Assembly (NCBI GenBank): GCA_963816185.1 | Contig: CAWFJJ010000029.1 | Coordinates: forward strand, 292,974-356,973 | Source: Thermoanaerobaculia bacterium | GTDB lineage: Bacteria; Acidobacteriota; Thermoanaerobaculia; UBA5066 | DNA length: 64,000 nt | Direction of reading: 5' to 3' | In this document: positions 1 to 9,868 of the stretch, piece by piece | Numbering within the stretch: position 1 is the first letter of the stretch | Layout of the letters: the number at the start of each line of letters is the position of its first letter | Position numbers and translations under genes: made by a program | Notes under the pieces: model-generated | What the model saw: only the letters and a program-made list of their open reading frames with translations | Database searches by the model: none | Told to the model about the DNA's origin: nothing

Positions 1-148
1 AGGCGACCCCGCGCGCTCGTGCGAGATTCCTGACCGCGATCATCGGGAAGACTGCATGGCTCGAGAGCCTGAAGAATCCTCCATGGACAATGTCGTCCCG
101 GAGATTCGATGCAATCCGCCGGCCGCGGCGGGCGCCCTTGGACCAGGG

Positions 149-598
149 CTATCTGTCCGGGACCGTCAGTGGACTCTTGAAGTCAGGTTCACCGTTCTTG
201 ATGGGATAGAAGATGACGTAAGTCGACGTCGAGCAATCCGGCTTGCCTGGCGGAGCTGCTGCGACTCTCGCTGCGGCTGTGGCGAGGCCTGCGACCGCCG
301 TAATCGTCTCCGGGATCTTCGTGTCGGTCTTCTGGCCGACCGACTGGAGCATTCCGTTGGCGAGAGAGGCGGAGAGATCGGCCGTACCGTAGCCGGAATG
401 GAAGGCAAGGGTCTTCTTCTCGCCAGGGAGGACGAGGACGGCGGCGGTGACCTTGCAATCGGCCGCTTTCGACACGGCCAGATAGGGCTTCGGCTCGAAA
501 TAGGTAAGGCCTGGTCCCTTGGCATCGAATTCGAGATTGGCGCACCCGGATAAGGCGAGGGCCAGGAAGAGGGAGGCACCGATTCGGGTATTTCTCAA
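149..598 (-). CDS. Lipoprotein of unknown function, last gene of the efflux operon
   Basis: N-terminus MRNTRIGASLFLALALSGC carries a lipobox (LSGC). The start lies 4 nt downstream of the MFS gene stop on the same strand. Confidence 0.6.
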   Translation of the reverse strand: MRNTRIGASLFLALALSGCANLEFDAKGPGLTYFEPKPYLAVSKAADCKVTAAVLVLPGEKKTLAFHSGYGTADLSASLANGMLQSVGQKTDTKIPETITAVAGLATAAARVAAAPPGKPDCSTSTYVIFYPIKNGEPDFKSPLTVPDR

Positions 599-601
599 GG
601 G

Positions 602-2149
602 TCATCTCCTCATGGGTTTCCGGATTCCCGGTGAAAGCATCATGGTGAACGGCAGGAACACGACGAAGGCGAACATCAGCATCCAGAAGACGTCCACGTA
701 TGCCTTCGCGGCAGCCTGCCGCGAAAGGCTCCCTTCGATGAGTCCCAGCGACAGGGAGCGGACGGTTTCGGGATCGAGGCCCGAAACGACAGAGAGCCCG
801 TGCGCCGTCGCGGAGAGGCGCTGCTGGACGATGGAGCTGTAGGCCGAGATGTGCTCGACGAGGCGCGCATGGTGGGTCTGCGAGTGCCGGGCGAGGACGG
901 TGGCGGACAGGGCGATGCCGATCGAGCCGCCTTCGTTCCGAAGGAGGTTGAAGAGGCCCGTGGCCTGACCCATCTTCTGGGGTGAGAGGTGCGAGAAGGC
1001 CGCCGTGCTGATCGGGACGAAGAGGAACCCGAGGCCGAACCCCTGCACGAGACGCGAGAACATGACGTACTTGAAGTCGACGTTCAGGTCGACGCCGCGG
1101 AGGAGCCAGAGGGCGTAGAGGTTCAGGAGCGCCCCCACGAGGACGAGGAGCCGCGTGTCGACCTTGCCGATCAGGTTCGCCACGATGACCATCGCGAGGA
1201 GCGAGGCGATCCCCCCCGGCGACAGGACGAGCCCCGCCCACGTCGCCGTGTAGCCGAGCATCGTCTGGGCGAAGAGCGGGAGCATCGTGAACGCGCCGAA
1301 GAGCCCGAAGCCGAGGAGGAACATCAGGATCGTCCCCGAGGCGAAGGCCCGGTCGTTGAAGACGCGGAGGTCCACGAGCGGCCGTTCGGCCGTGAAGGAG
1401 CGCCAAATGAAGAGGGCGATCCCGGTCAGCGAAGCGAGGGCGAAGAGGCTGATGAAACGGCTCTCGAACCAGTCGTAGCGCTGGCCCCGGTTCAGGACCA
1501 CCTCGAGGCTCCCGAGGCCGATGCAGATGAAGGCGAAGCTCATGAAGTCCACCCGCCCCTCAGGGCGCTTCAGGTGCGACGGCTCGGTGATGTGCATCAG
1601 GCCGAGGACGATCCCGAGGATGCCGACCGGGATGTTGATGTAGAAGACCCAGGGCCAGCCCCAGTTGTCCGTGATCCAGCCCCCCAGCGTCGGGCCGATG
1701 ATCGGGCCGAAGACGACGCCCACCCCGAACATCGCCATCGCCTTGCCGCGCTCCTCCGGAGGGAAGGCTTCGAGGAGGATCGCCTGCGACATCGGTACCA
1801 TCGCCCCGCCGGCGAACCCCTGGACGACCCGCATGACGACGAGGAAGGGGAGCGACGGAGCGGCTCCGGAGCCGAGCGACGCGAGCGTGAAAATGCCGAG
1901 GCACCAGAGGTAGAAGCGCCTCCGGCCGAAGTAGTTCGCGAGCCAGCCCGTGATCGGCAGGATGACGGCGTTGGCCACGAGGTACGAGGTGATGACCCAG
2001 GTGATCTCGTCCACGCTGGCCGAGAAGGTCCCCTGCATGTGCGGGAGCGACACGTTGGCGACGGAGGTGTCCACGACCTCCATCAGCGTGCCGAGCATGG
2101 AGGTGAAGGCGATGAGGTACCGGCTCGTCGTCTTCGCGTTTTCGGCCAT
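602..2149 (-). CDS. MFS drug efflux transporter, DHA2 (EmrB/QacA) family, 14-TMS type
   Basis: 515 aa and very hydrophobic. N-terminal pattern LMEVVDTSVANVSLPHMQG and overall architecture are typical of EmrB/QacA. It sits downstream of HlyD and TolC-like genes. Confidence 0.85.
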   Translation of the reverse strand: MAENAKTTSRYLIAFTSMLGTLMEVVDTSVANVSLPHMQGTFSASVDEITWVITSYLVANAVILPITGWLANYFGRRRFYLWCLGIFTLASLGSGAAPSLPFLVVMRVVQGFAGGAMVPMSQAILLEAFPPEERGKAMAMFGVGVVFGPIIGPTLGGWITDNWGWPWVFYINIPVGILGIVLGLMHITEPSHLKRPEGRVDFMSFAFICIGLGSLEVVLNRGQRYDWFESRFISLFALASLTGIALFIWRSFTAERPLVDLRVFNDRAFASGTILMFLLGFGLFGAFTMLPLFAQTMLGYTATWAGLVLSPGGIASLLAMVIVANLIGKVDTRLLVLVGALLNLYALWLLRGVDLNVDFKYVMFSRLVQGFGLGFLFVPISTAAFSHLSPQKMGQATGLFNLLRNEGGSIGIALSATVLARHSQTHHARLVEHISAYSSIVQQRLSATAHGLSVVSGLDPETVRSLSLGLIEGSLSRQAAAKAYVDVFWMLMFAFVVFLPFTMMLSPGIRKPMRR

Positions 2150-2166
2150 CGCGTCGTGCCGCGCTC

Positions 2167-3210
2167 TCAGCCCGGGACGGGAGTCGCCCGGACGGGCGCG
2201 GACGCCGGCATCTCCGCCGGCCTTGCCAGGGTGTCGACCTCGACGTGGACGGAGAGACCGAGCCGGAGCGATCCGTCCCCGTTGCTCGCGGGATCGATGG
2301 CGATCCGGACGGGGAGGCGCTGAACGATCTTGACCCAGTTCCCGGTCGCGTTCTCCGCCGGCAACAGCGCGAATGCCGCGCCCGTTCCCGCGCTGATGCT
2401 GTCGACCCGGCCGCTGTACGTGCGGTCCGGATTTACGTCGGTCCGGAAAGTGGCGGGCTGGCCGACCCGGATGTGCTTCAGCTCGGTCTCCTTGAAGTTC
2501 GCCTCCACCCAGATGTGGTCGCCCGTCAGCGGGACGATGGCGCAGAGGGGCTGTCCCGGCGCGACGACCTGGCCCGCCGTCGCGGACAGCTTGCTGATGA
2601 CCCCGTCCACGATCGTCGTGATCGTGCAGTAGGAACGGTTCAGCTGGGCGTTCCTCAGGCGCGACTCCTGGACCCGGACCTTTTGGTCCGCCACGCCGAG
2701 GTCGGCCTCCTTGGCCGCCAGCGCCTTCCGTGCAGCGTCCAGATCGGCGGCGGCGACCGACTCGGCGGCCACGGCGTCGTCGAACCGGGCCCTCGGAATC
2801 GAGTTCTTCCGGTTCAGCTCCGAGTAGCGGGCGAGGTTCGTCCGGGCCAGCTCGAGGCGACTCGCGTCCGCGGCGGATTTCGCGCGCTTCTCCTCGATCT
2901 CGGCCCGGCGGGTGGCGAGGGTCGCGCGCGCCTCGCCGAGAGCCGTCTCGACCTGCTCCACCTGCGCGTCGGCGTCGCGCGGGTCGAGCGTGGCGAGGAT
3001 CTGCCCCTGCCGGACCTCCTGGTTCTCGACCACGTCAATCGTCAGCAGGGTTCCCGGAACGCGGGAGGAGACGGCGTAGACGTCGCCGCTGACGTAGGCG
3101 TCCTCGGTATTCGGGTGGACCTGCGAGTGCTTCCACCTCCGCCAGCCGGCCACGGCGATGGCGAGAACGACGGCGAGGATGACGGCGAGGCTGATCCACT
3201 TCCGGGCCAT
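2167..3210 (-). CDS. HlyD/EmrA-family membrane fusion (periplasmic adaptor) protein
   Basis: One N-terminal TM helix, then a long coiled-coil region (AQVEQVETALGEARATLATRRAEIEEKRAK...), then a beta-barrel C-terminus. It lies between the TolC-like and MFS genes. Confidence 0.85.
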   Translation of the reverse strand: MARKWISLAVILAVVLAIAVAGWRRWKHSQVHPNTEDAYVSGDVYAVSSRVPGTLLTIDVVENQEVRQGQILATLDPRDADAQVEQVETALGEARATLATRRAEIEEKRAKSAADASRLELARTNLARYSELNRKNSIPRARFDDAVAAESVAAADLDAARKALAAKEADLGVADQKVRVQESRLRNAQLNRSYCTITTIVDGVISKLSATAGQVVAPGQPLCAIVPLTGDHIWVEANFKETELKHIRVGQPATFRTDVNPDRTYSGRVDSISAGTGAAFALLPAENATGNWVKIVQRLPVRIAIDPASNGDGSLRLGLSVHVEVDTLARPAEMPASAPVRATPVPG

Positions 3211-3211
3211 G

Positions 3212-4552
3212 TCAGCGCTCCTCTTCGGCCGGGGCGGCGCCGGCGAAGACGGTGGGAAGGTCGAGGCCCGCGGCCGCGGCGAGGAGGCCCTCCTTCAGGT
3301 ACGCGGTGTAGTGCTGGTTCACGAGGGAGAAGCGGCTCTCCGCGAGGACCGACTCGGCGTCGAGGACGTCGATCGTCCGGGCGAGGCCGGCCTTGTACTG
3401 GTCCTCTTCGATCCGGAGGTTCTCCTCGGCGGCTTCCACGTTCTTCCGGGCCGTCTCGGCTTCGTGGAGCGCCTGCGTGAAGTCGCGCCAGGCCTCGTCC
3501 ACGCCGATGTCGAGGGACCGTGCCAGATCCCCGATCTCGCTCTGGGTCTTCCGGGCTGCGATCTCCGCCTGCCGCACCGCGGCCTTCCGGGACCCGTTCT
3601 CCCACACCTGCCAGGAGACGCCCACGAAGAAGATGTTCGTGTTGGGATAGGCGAGAAATTCGTTCTCCTGGTAGGTGTGCGAGAACTGGGCGAAGAGGCT
3701 CGGCCAGCTCTCGCCCTTCCGTGCGGCCGCGGTCCTCTGGTCCACCCCGAGGCTCGCCCGAAGCGACTCGAGCCGGGGATTTCCGGAAGAGGCGCGCCGC
3801 TTCAGCCCGTCCAGATCGTCCGGAAGCGGAGGGGGAGACGACAGGGCTCCGGGGAGAGTGAGCGTCTCGTCCGGGGAGCGGCCCATCAGGCGGCGGAGGG
3901 TTTGCGTCGCCACGGCGATCCCGTTACCGATCTGCCCGATCTGGTCCTTCACGACGCGAAGTCGAACTTCCGTGCCGAGGAGGTCATTGCGGGCGACGAT
4001 CCCTTGATCATAAAGGTCGCGAGCGATGCGCAGGTGCTCCTCGAGGCTCGAGATCCGCTGGTCCACGACCCGCCGCTGCGCCTTTAGGACGAGCACCTTC
4101 AAGTACGTCCCGAGACCTTCGAGCTGCGCCGTCTGTACGTCCGCCTTTCCCTTCAGCGAGGTCGCGGCCTCGGAGCCGCGGGAGATCTCGAGCGCGGCCG
4201 ACCGGCGCCCTCCGTCCCAGAGCACCTCGGTCAGGTCGGCCTCGGCCGTGAAGAAATTCTTCTGAGTCGTCGGCACTTCGAGCGTTCCGAAGATCGCGAC
4301 GACCTCGCGATCCCGGGCCTGCCAGTTTCCCGCGACGGAGAGAGAGGGCCAGTAGGCCGCCTTCGCCCGCGTCGTCCCTTCCTGCGCGGCGCCGAGATCG
4401 AGCCGGGCAGCCACCGACGCCTGCGACTGTGCCGCGACGGCCCGCAGCGCGTCGGAGAGAGTGAGCGCCGAAGGGGAGGCCGGAGGCGGCTCGTCGGCCA
4501 GAACGCTTCCGAAACACAGCGCCAGGATGAGAGAACCAAGCAATCTGTTCAT
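3212..4552 (-). CDS. TolC-family outer membrane efflux protein
   Basis: Signal peptide MNRLLGSLILALCFGSVLA. Two repeated coiled-coil/beta halves typical of OEP/TolC. The stop is 1 nt before the adaptor gene start. Confidence 0.85.
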   Translation of the reverse strand: MNRLLGSLILALCFGSVLADEPPPASPSALTLSDALRAVAAQSQASVAARLDLGAAQEGTTRAKAAYWPSLSVAGNWQARDREVVAIFGTLEVPTTQKNFFTAEADLTEVLWDGGRRSAALEISRGSEAATSLKGKADVQTAQLEGLGTYLKVLVLKAQRRVVDQRISSLEEHLRIARDLYDQGIVARNDLLGTEVRLRVVKDQIGQIGNGIAVATQTLRRLMGRSPDETLTLPGALSSPPPLPDDLDGLKRRASSGNPRLESLRASLGVDQRTAAARKGESWPSLFAQFSHTYQENEFLAYPNTNIFFVGVSWQVWENGSRKAAVRQAEIAARKTQSEIGDLARSLDIGVDEAWRDFTQALHEAETARKNVEAAEENLRIEEDQYKAGLARTIDVLDAESVLAESRFSLVNQHYTAYLKEGLLAAAAGLDLPTVFAGAAPAEEER

Positions 4553-4608
4553 GAATGGGGATTATCTGGCGCGTACGGATACTCGGAGGAATACTCTGGC
4601 GTAGAGCG

Positions 4609-5868
4609 ATGTCGTTTTCCGAGAGGCTCGAGAAGGTTCTTTCCCTGCAGGACGCCCTCCGGCAACGGCGGGACGCGATGGTGTCTCATGCGGTGAGGAG
4701 CCTGAAGTTCACGGTGAAGGACAGCGCGCGGGAGGTCGACGTCACGATCGACCGGCTTGGGATGTTCCCCGAGGCGGCAGCGCTCCTCTCGGCCCGCGTC
4801 CCGCTGCGCGGCCCGGAGAGCCGCGTGGCCCTCATGCTCGCGTACAACGGGAGCTCGTGGCTGTCGACGGCGATCACCTCGATCTTCCTCGTCGGGAACC
4901 GCGTCGACGTTAAGTTCTCCTCGAAGGGGACCGACGTCATGCGACTGACGGAGGAGATGTACCGCCCGGTCTTCGGGGATGCGATCTCCTTCTACCAAGG
5001 GAGCGGACGGAGCTTTCTCGAGTACGCTCTCCGGGAGCCGAAGGTTTCCGCGGCCGTCGTCTTCGGGTTCGACGAGAACATTCTCCCTTACGGAGACGAG
5101 TTCCGGGCTGCGGGGAAGACGCTCGTCTTCGAGGGACCGGGGCAGGACCCGTTCATCGTCTTTCCGGATGCCGACCTCGCGCTGGCCCTCTCGGACCTGA
5201 CCGCGGCGAAGTTCATGTACTCGGGCCAGACCTGCACGGCGCCCAAGCGGATCTTCGTCCACCGCGCAATCTACGACGACTTCCTCGGCCGGTTCGAGGA
5301 GAGGGTCCGTCGCCTCGTCGTGGGCGACCCCGCCGACCCGCGGACCGACATCGGCCCGGTGGCGAGCGATCTCGCGGTGCGGCACGTCGCAGAGCAGCTC
5401 GAGGATGCGAGAGCGCGTGGAGCGAGGATCACCGTCGGGGGAGGGATCGACGGAAATCTGATCTCTCCCACGGTGGTCCGCGACGCGACGGACGAGTTCC
5501 TCGGGATGCGCGAGGAGGTTTTCGGGCCGGTCGCGTTCACGACGCCCTTCGACACGGAGGAGGAGGTCGTGCGCCGGGCGCGGAACCACAAGTACGGCCT
5601 GCGCGCCTCGGTCTTCGGCGGCGAGGCGGCCACCCGCACCGCTGCCGCTCTGAAAGGCGAAGACTACTGCCACCCGGTTCCCGGCTTCACGTTCGGCCGT
5701 TTCGGGACGGTCGCTCTCAACCAGAGCCGGGCCGAAACCTGGCGCGGGGCGTTCGTGACGAAGGCGGTCGGCGGCTACGGCTACTCGGGCTGGATCTGGG
5801 AGACGGTCGACGGCGAGTTCCGCCTGAAGCAGGGGCCGAAGCTGCTCAGTCTCGAGACGTCCCGGTGA
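4609..5868 (+). CDS. Aldehyde dehydrogenase family protein
   Basis: Catalytic Cys motif FMYSGQTCTAPKRIFVH and the EEVFGPV motif are present. I prefer the ATG at 4609 (MSFSERLEK) over the track start 4555, which would overlap the divergent tolC start. Confidence 0.8.
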   Translation: MSFSERLEKVLSLQDALRQRRDAMVSHAVRSLKFTVKDSAREVDVTIDRLGMFPEAAALLSARVPLRGPESRVALMLAYNGSSWLSTAITSIFLVGNRVDVKFSSKGTDVMRLTEEMYRPVFGDAISFYQGSGRSFLEYALREPKVSAAVVFGFDENILPYGDEFRAAGKTLVFEGPGQDPFIVFPDADLALALSDLTAAKFMYSGQTCTAPKRIFVHRAIYDDFLGRFEERVRRLVVGDPADPRTDIGPVASDLAVRHVAEQLEDARARGARITVGGGIDGNLISPTVVRDATDEFLGMREEVFGPVAFTTPFDTEEEVVRRARNHKYGLRASVFGGEAATRTAAALKGEDYCHPVPGFTFGRFGTVALNQSRAETWRGAFVTKAVGGYGYSGWIWETVDGEFRLKQGPKLLSLETSR

Positions 5869-5930
5869 GCCGGCGAGAGACGCCGGACCGTTCGCGTACG
5901 ATTGGACTTCTCTAGGGAGACCGACGCCGA

Positions 5931-6605
5931 ATGTCGACTGATCGATTTCGAGCGGACCGCGAATCCGTGCTCTTCCATTCGAAGAGGATGTGGGAGGCCG
6001 GGCTCGTCGTCGCTTCGGCGGGCAACGTCAGCGCGCGCCTCTCCGGCCATGACGCCATCGCGATCACGCCGACGTGCGTTTCCTACGACGTGATGACCGC
6101 GGATCAAGTCGTGGTCGTCAGCCTCGCCACGGGTCTTCCGATCGAATCGAGGGCCCGGCCGTCCGGCGAGCTCCCGGCGCACCTCGCCGTCTACCGCCAT
6201 CGCCGGGACGTCGGCGCCGTCATGCACACGCACGCGCCCTATGTCTCGACGTTGTCGGTACTCCGCAGGCCGCTTCCTCCGATCATCGACGAGATGATCG
6301 TCTACTTCGGAGGGACGATCGAAGTCGCCGACTATGCCTTCACGGGCACCGACGAGCTCGGAGCCAACGTGATCGCCGCGCTCGGGGACCGGGCGGGGGT
6401 GCTGCTGTCGAATCATGGCAACCTGTGCGTGGGGGGCGACCTCGCCGAGGCGCTCCACGTCGCGCTGACGATGGAGGCCACGGCGCGCGTCTACGTCGAG
6501 TCCCTGAGGATGGGCGAACCTGTCGTTCTCCCCGAAGGATCGCTGAGGGCGGGACGGGCGATGTACGAGGCCCGCGGCAGGAAGAGGCGCGGCCCGCCGT
6601 CCTGA
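5931..6605 (+). CDS. Class II aldolase/adducin-domain protein (fuculose-phosphate aldolase-like)
   Basis: Motifs SAGNVSAR, ELPAHLAVYRHRRDVGAVMHTHAPY and SNHGNLCVG are typical of the class II aldolase fold. Confidence 0.8.
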   Translation: MSTDRFRADRESVLFHSKRMWEAGLVVASAGNVSARLSGHDAIAITPTCVSYDVMTADQVVVVSLATGLPIESRARPSGELPAHLAVYRHRRDVGAVMHTHAPYVSTLSVLRRPLPPIIDEMIVYFGGTIEVADYAFTGTDELGANVIAALGDRAGVLLSNHGNLCVGGDLAEALHVALTMEATARVYVESLRMGEPVVLPEGSLRAGRAMYEARGRKRRGPPS

Positions 6606-6617
6606 AGGGACCCGCGC

Positions 6618-8042
6618 TTACTCCCCCCGTGCGACCTCCCCGTGCTGGCTCACGTTGTCGCCGTCTCCCGGCCTCAGCTCGCGGAACACGATCGCCGAGA
6701 GGACTGTCATCGCTCCCAGGACGAGGAGGGCGAGGTGGATGCCGTGGAGGAGCTCGCCGGGGCGTGACCGGAACCTGTCGGGGATGAAGATGGCGGTCGC
6801 GAGCGACGCGGCCGCGACGCCGAAGCTCAGCGACATCTGCTGCATGGTGCTGACGATCGTGCTCGCCATGCTGGCGTCGGGCGCGGCGACCTCCGCGTAG
6901 GCGAGCGTGCCCATGCTGGTGTATTGCAGCGAGGCGATGCCGCCGAAGAGGAGCGCGAGGACGACGATGAGGGTGACGGGGGTGCGGGCGCCGATCGTGG
7001 CGAAGAGGGCGATGGTGCCGCCCATCAGGATGGTGTTCGCAAGGAGGACACGCCGGTAGCCGAAGCGGTTGAGGATGCCCGGCATCCACGGCTTGAGCGA
7101 CATCGCGGCGATGGACTGCGGCATCAGCAGGAAGGCCGACTGGACGGGCGTGTAGCCGAGGCCGACCTGGTAGAGGAGCGGGAGGAGGAACGGGATCCCG
7201 CCCGCCCCGAGCCGCGTGATGAAGCTGCCGATCACGGCCGACCGGAACGTCCGGAGGCGGAAGAGAGCGAGCCTGAGGAGGGGATGCGCGGCGGCGATCG
7301 CGTGCCGGAAATAGCCCGCGAGGAAGGCGAGCGAGAGGGCGAAGAGGCCGAGGATCGCGCCCGTGCCGAGAGTGTGCTCGCCGAAGACCTCGAGGATGTA
7401 CGAGAGGAGGCCGATGCCGCAGCCGAAGAGGACTCCGCCGAAGACGTCCAGCTTGTCGCTGCGCTCGGCGCGGTAGTCCGGCATGCGGCGGAGGACGAGG
7501 GCGAGGCCGAGGAGGCCGATCGGCAGGTTGACGAAGAAGATCACCCGCCAGTGGAAGTAGCCCACGATGAACCCCCCGGCCACGGGCCCGAGCATCGGCC
7601 CGATGAGCGCGGGGATCGACACGAAGGTCATTGCGCGCACGAGCTCCGACCTCTCGAACGTGCGCACGATGGCGAGGCGGCCGACCGGCACCATGAGCGC
7701 GCCGCCCATGCCCTGCAGGATGCGGAAGGCGACGAGAACGTGGATGTTCGTGGAGAGCCCGCAGAGGAGCGAGCCGAACGTGAAGATGCCGATCGCGGAC
7801 GCGAAAACGCGGCGCGTGCCGAACCGGTCCGCCACCCACCCGCTGACCGGGATGAAGACGGCGAGGCTGAGCGTGTAGCTCGACAGGACCGCCTTCATGC
7901 TGAGCGGCACGACGCCGAGCGCCTCGGCGATCGTCGGGACGGCGGTGTTCAGGATGGTCGTGTCGATCGACTCCATCAGGAACGCCACCGCCACCAGCCA
8001 GGGCAGCAGTCGCTTGACGGAAGGGTCGGGGGGAGTGGGCAC
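6618..8042 (-). CDS. MFS transporter, DHA2-like (14 TMS)
   Basis: 474 aa hydrophobic protein with MFS motifs (GWVADRFGTRRVF). It is a paralogue-like of 602..2149. Confidence 0.8.
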   Translation of the reverse strand: MPTPPDPSVKRLLPWLVAVAFLMESIDTTILNTAVPTIAEALGVVPLSMKAVLSSYTLSLAVFIPVSGWVADRFGTRRVFASAIGIFTFGSLLCGLSTNIHVLVAFRILQGMGGALMVPVGRLAIVRTFERSELVRAMTFVSIPALIGPMLGPVAGGFIVGYFHWRVIFFVNLPIGLLGLALVLRRMPDYRAERSDKLDVFGGVLFGCGIGLLSYILEVFGEHTLGTGAILGLFALSLAFLAGYFRHAIAAAHPLLRLALFRLRTFRSAVIGSFITRLGAGGIPFLLPLLYQVGLGYTPVQSAFLLMPQSIAAMSLKPWMPGILNRFGYRRVLLANTILMGGTIALFATIGARTPVTLIVVLALLFGGIASLQYTSMGTLAYAEVAAPDASMASTIVSTMQQMSLSFGVAAASLATAIFIPDRFRSRPGELLHGIHLALLVLGAMTVLSAIVFRELRPGDGDNVSQHGEVARGE

Positions 8043-8080
8043 CGGGTAAGTTTAGGGAGGTGAGGAGGGGCGGGTTACGG

Positions 8081-8914
8081 TCAGTCGATCTCGATGGTCT
8101 GGGTAATCGACGGCGCCGCGTTGAAGTTCTCGTTTCCGGGCTGTTCCGCGACCACCGTGCAAGTCCCTTCACCGAGGATGTAGAGGGTCGAGCCGGCGAA
8201 GGCGCACATGCCCGCGGTCGCGAATCTGACCGGCAAGCCGGAGGAGGCCCGCGCGTTCAACAGGAACTCGCCCATGCCGTAAACCATGCTCGGGAGATCC
8301 CCGAAGGAGATCGTCTGATCGGCCTTGGCGATCGTGAACTCGTGATCGACGATGCGCGCCGCGGTGAAGTTCGAGTCGCCGGGCTGATGAGCGGTCAGAG
8401 AGCAGCTCCCCGCGCCGAGGATGTGCACGTAGGACTCGTTCATTTCGCAACTGCCGGACGCGACGAAGACGACGGGGAGCCCTGAGGTCGCGACGATATC
8501 CAGCGGGAAATCCGGGTCGAGGTAGGTCTTCTGCGCAGGGGCGGCGCCGCTGATCTTCTGCCTGGCCTTTTCGATCGTGAACCGCTGCTCGACGTCCGGC
8601 GCCGGGTTGAAGTCCGAGTCGCCCGGCTGGTGCGCCGTCACCCAGCATTTCCCTGCGGAAAGAAGGTGGACCGTCGAGCCGCTCACCGAGCAATCGCCCG
8701 ACGCGGTGAAGGAGACCTCGAGCCTCGAGCTCGCGGACGCTTTCACGCTGAAATCCGAATCGCGGTGGACCTTGGACGGTAGCCCTCGAAAGGTGATGGT
8801 CTGATCGGCCTTGTGGATCGAAGACGGCTGAGTGACGAACCTGTCCTCGGCCCACGCTCGCCGCGCCAGGATGAGGCCGATTGCCAAGGCGAGCCGGAGG
8901 GCGCTGCGCTTCAT
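8081..8914 (-). CDS. Secreted protein with three tandem ~85-aa Ig-like repeats
   Basis: Signal peptide MKRSALRLALAIGLILARRAWA. A repeat unit (ADQTITF ... ASSGLPV.F ... G.C ... HQPGDSNF.AA ... FTI) occurs three times, each with two Cys. Start chosen at the internal ATG that gives the signal peptide. Confidence 0.65.
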   Translation of the reverse strand: MKRSALRLALAIGLILARRAWAEDRFVTQPSSIHKADQTITFRGLPSKVHRDSDFSVKASASSRLEVSFTASGDCSVSGSTVHLLSAGKCWVTAHQPGDSDFNPAPDVEQRFTIEKARQKISGAAPAQKTYLDPDFPLDIVATSGLPVVFVASGSCEMNESYVHILGAGSCSLTAHQPGDSNFTAARIVDHEFTIAKADQTISFGDLPSMVYGMGEFLLNARASSGLPVRFATAGMCAFAGSTLYILGEGTCTVVAEQPGNENFNAAPSITQTIEID

Positions 8915-8984
8915 ATCGCGATCGAAGGTGCAACCTTCATACCGCCTGGCCCGTCTCTCCAACAGGGCGGCCGGCGGTCACCGC

Positions 8985-9284
8985 CTATCCCTTGCCTCGC
9001 CGGATCTCCTCGACCGTCTGCTCGCAGTCGTCGTTTATGCGCTTGCGGTCGATGTGGTACTCGCCCTCGGCCTTCTCTCGCTCGGCAGGATCCTCCGTCT
9101 TCCGCATCACGTCCTTGAAGAGGATCTCGCGCTCGGCGAGGCGCGCGGTGGCGATGCCGCGGGCCACGGCGATGGCTTTCTTCTGCCTCGCGGTCAGCAG
9201 GGTCTCTTTCGTGCCGGCCGCGCGATCCTCGGCCTTCAGGCGCTCCATCGCGAGGTCGAACGAGGTCTTCGGTTTGTCTTTCAT
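8985..9284 (-). CDS. Small charged helical protein, unknown function
   Basis: 99 aa (MKDKPKTSFDLAMERLKAEDR...). Its ATG shares one nt with the TGA of the upstream gene (TGATG), indicating translational coupling. Confidence 0.5.
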   Translation of the reverse strand: MKDKPKTSFDLAMERLKAEDRAAGTKETLLTARQKKAIAVARGIATARLAEREILFKDVMRKTEDPAEREKAEGEYHIDRKRINDDCEQTVEEIRRGKG

Positions 9285-9868
9285 CAGCTCCCGCAGCTCA
9301 AGCCCCCGAACGCGCCCTTCGCGGGCAGGGTGAAATCGAAGTCGGCTTCCCACGAGTATTTCAGGCCATCGCTCACCTTCCCGCCGGTGATGCGGCCCGA
9401 GAGCTTGCCGCCGGGGACGGTGTTCCCGGTCAGCTTCCGGATCTTCAGGATCTCCTTGTCCTTGGGCAGATCGAAGACCCAGTTGCGGCCGAGCAGGGGC
9501 GAGCCCGCGACGTCGATGCCGGTCTCGACGGACTTCACCGCGGCCGCGGTCGCGGCGGGCTTGCCGCCGCCGGGGCAGAACGCGAAGTGCATTCCGGTAC
9601 GCGGCTTGCCGTCGGCGGTCTTGTCGGATGTGGAGGAGTTCTCGTGGAACTCCTCGAGCTCCTTGGCGGTGAAGGGAGAGTCGGAGAACCACAGCGAGAC
9701 GCTGTACTGGCCGTCGCTGGGCTCGTAGACCGCCGCGGCGCAGTGCTTCATCGTGACGGGCTTCCCGCCGAGAACCGTCTTTACGCTGCACTTGTCTTCG
9801 GCGAAGGCCGGGGCGGAAAGAGCGAAGCCAAAAGCGAGGACCAGGAGGCGGCCGCGCATGTTGAACAT
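9284..9868 (-). CDS. Secreted protein of unknown function
   Basis: Start MFNMRGRLLVLAFGFALSAPAFA-ED gives a clear signal peptide. The longer track ORF (to 10273) is Arg/Pro-rich shadow sequence. Confidence 0.55.
   Translation of the reverse strand: MFNMRGRLLVLAFGFALSAPAFAEDKCSVKTVLGGKPVTMKHCAAAVYEPSDGQYSVSLWFSDSPFTAKELEEFHENSSTSDKTADGKPRTGMHFAFCPGGGKPAATAAAVKSVETGIDVAGSPLLGRNWVFDLPKDKEILKIRKLTGNTVPGGKLSGRITGGKVSDGLKYSWEADFDFTLPAKGAFGGLSCGS

Noticed and set aside
189-2323. Long ORFs 189..1406(-), 989..2323(+) and similar (6340..8172, 11787..13577, 32094..34178, 34175..35542, 43651..45207, 53140..55809, 55808..57013).
   Set aside because: They are Arg/Pro/Gly/Asp/Glu-rich low-complexity translations that lie antisense or out of frame to genes with clear family motifs. 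These are typical shadow ORFs of high-GC DNA.
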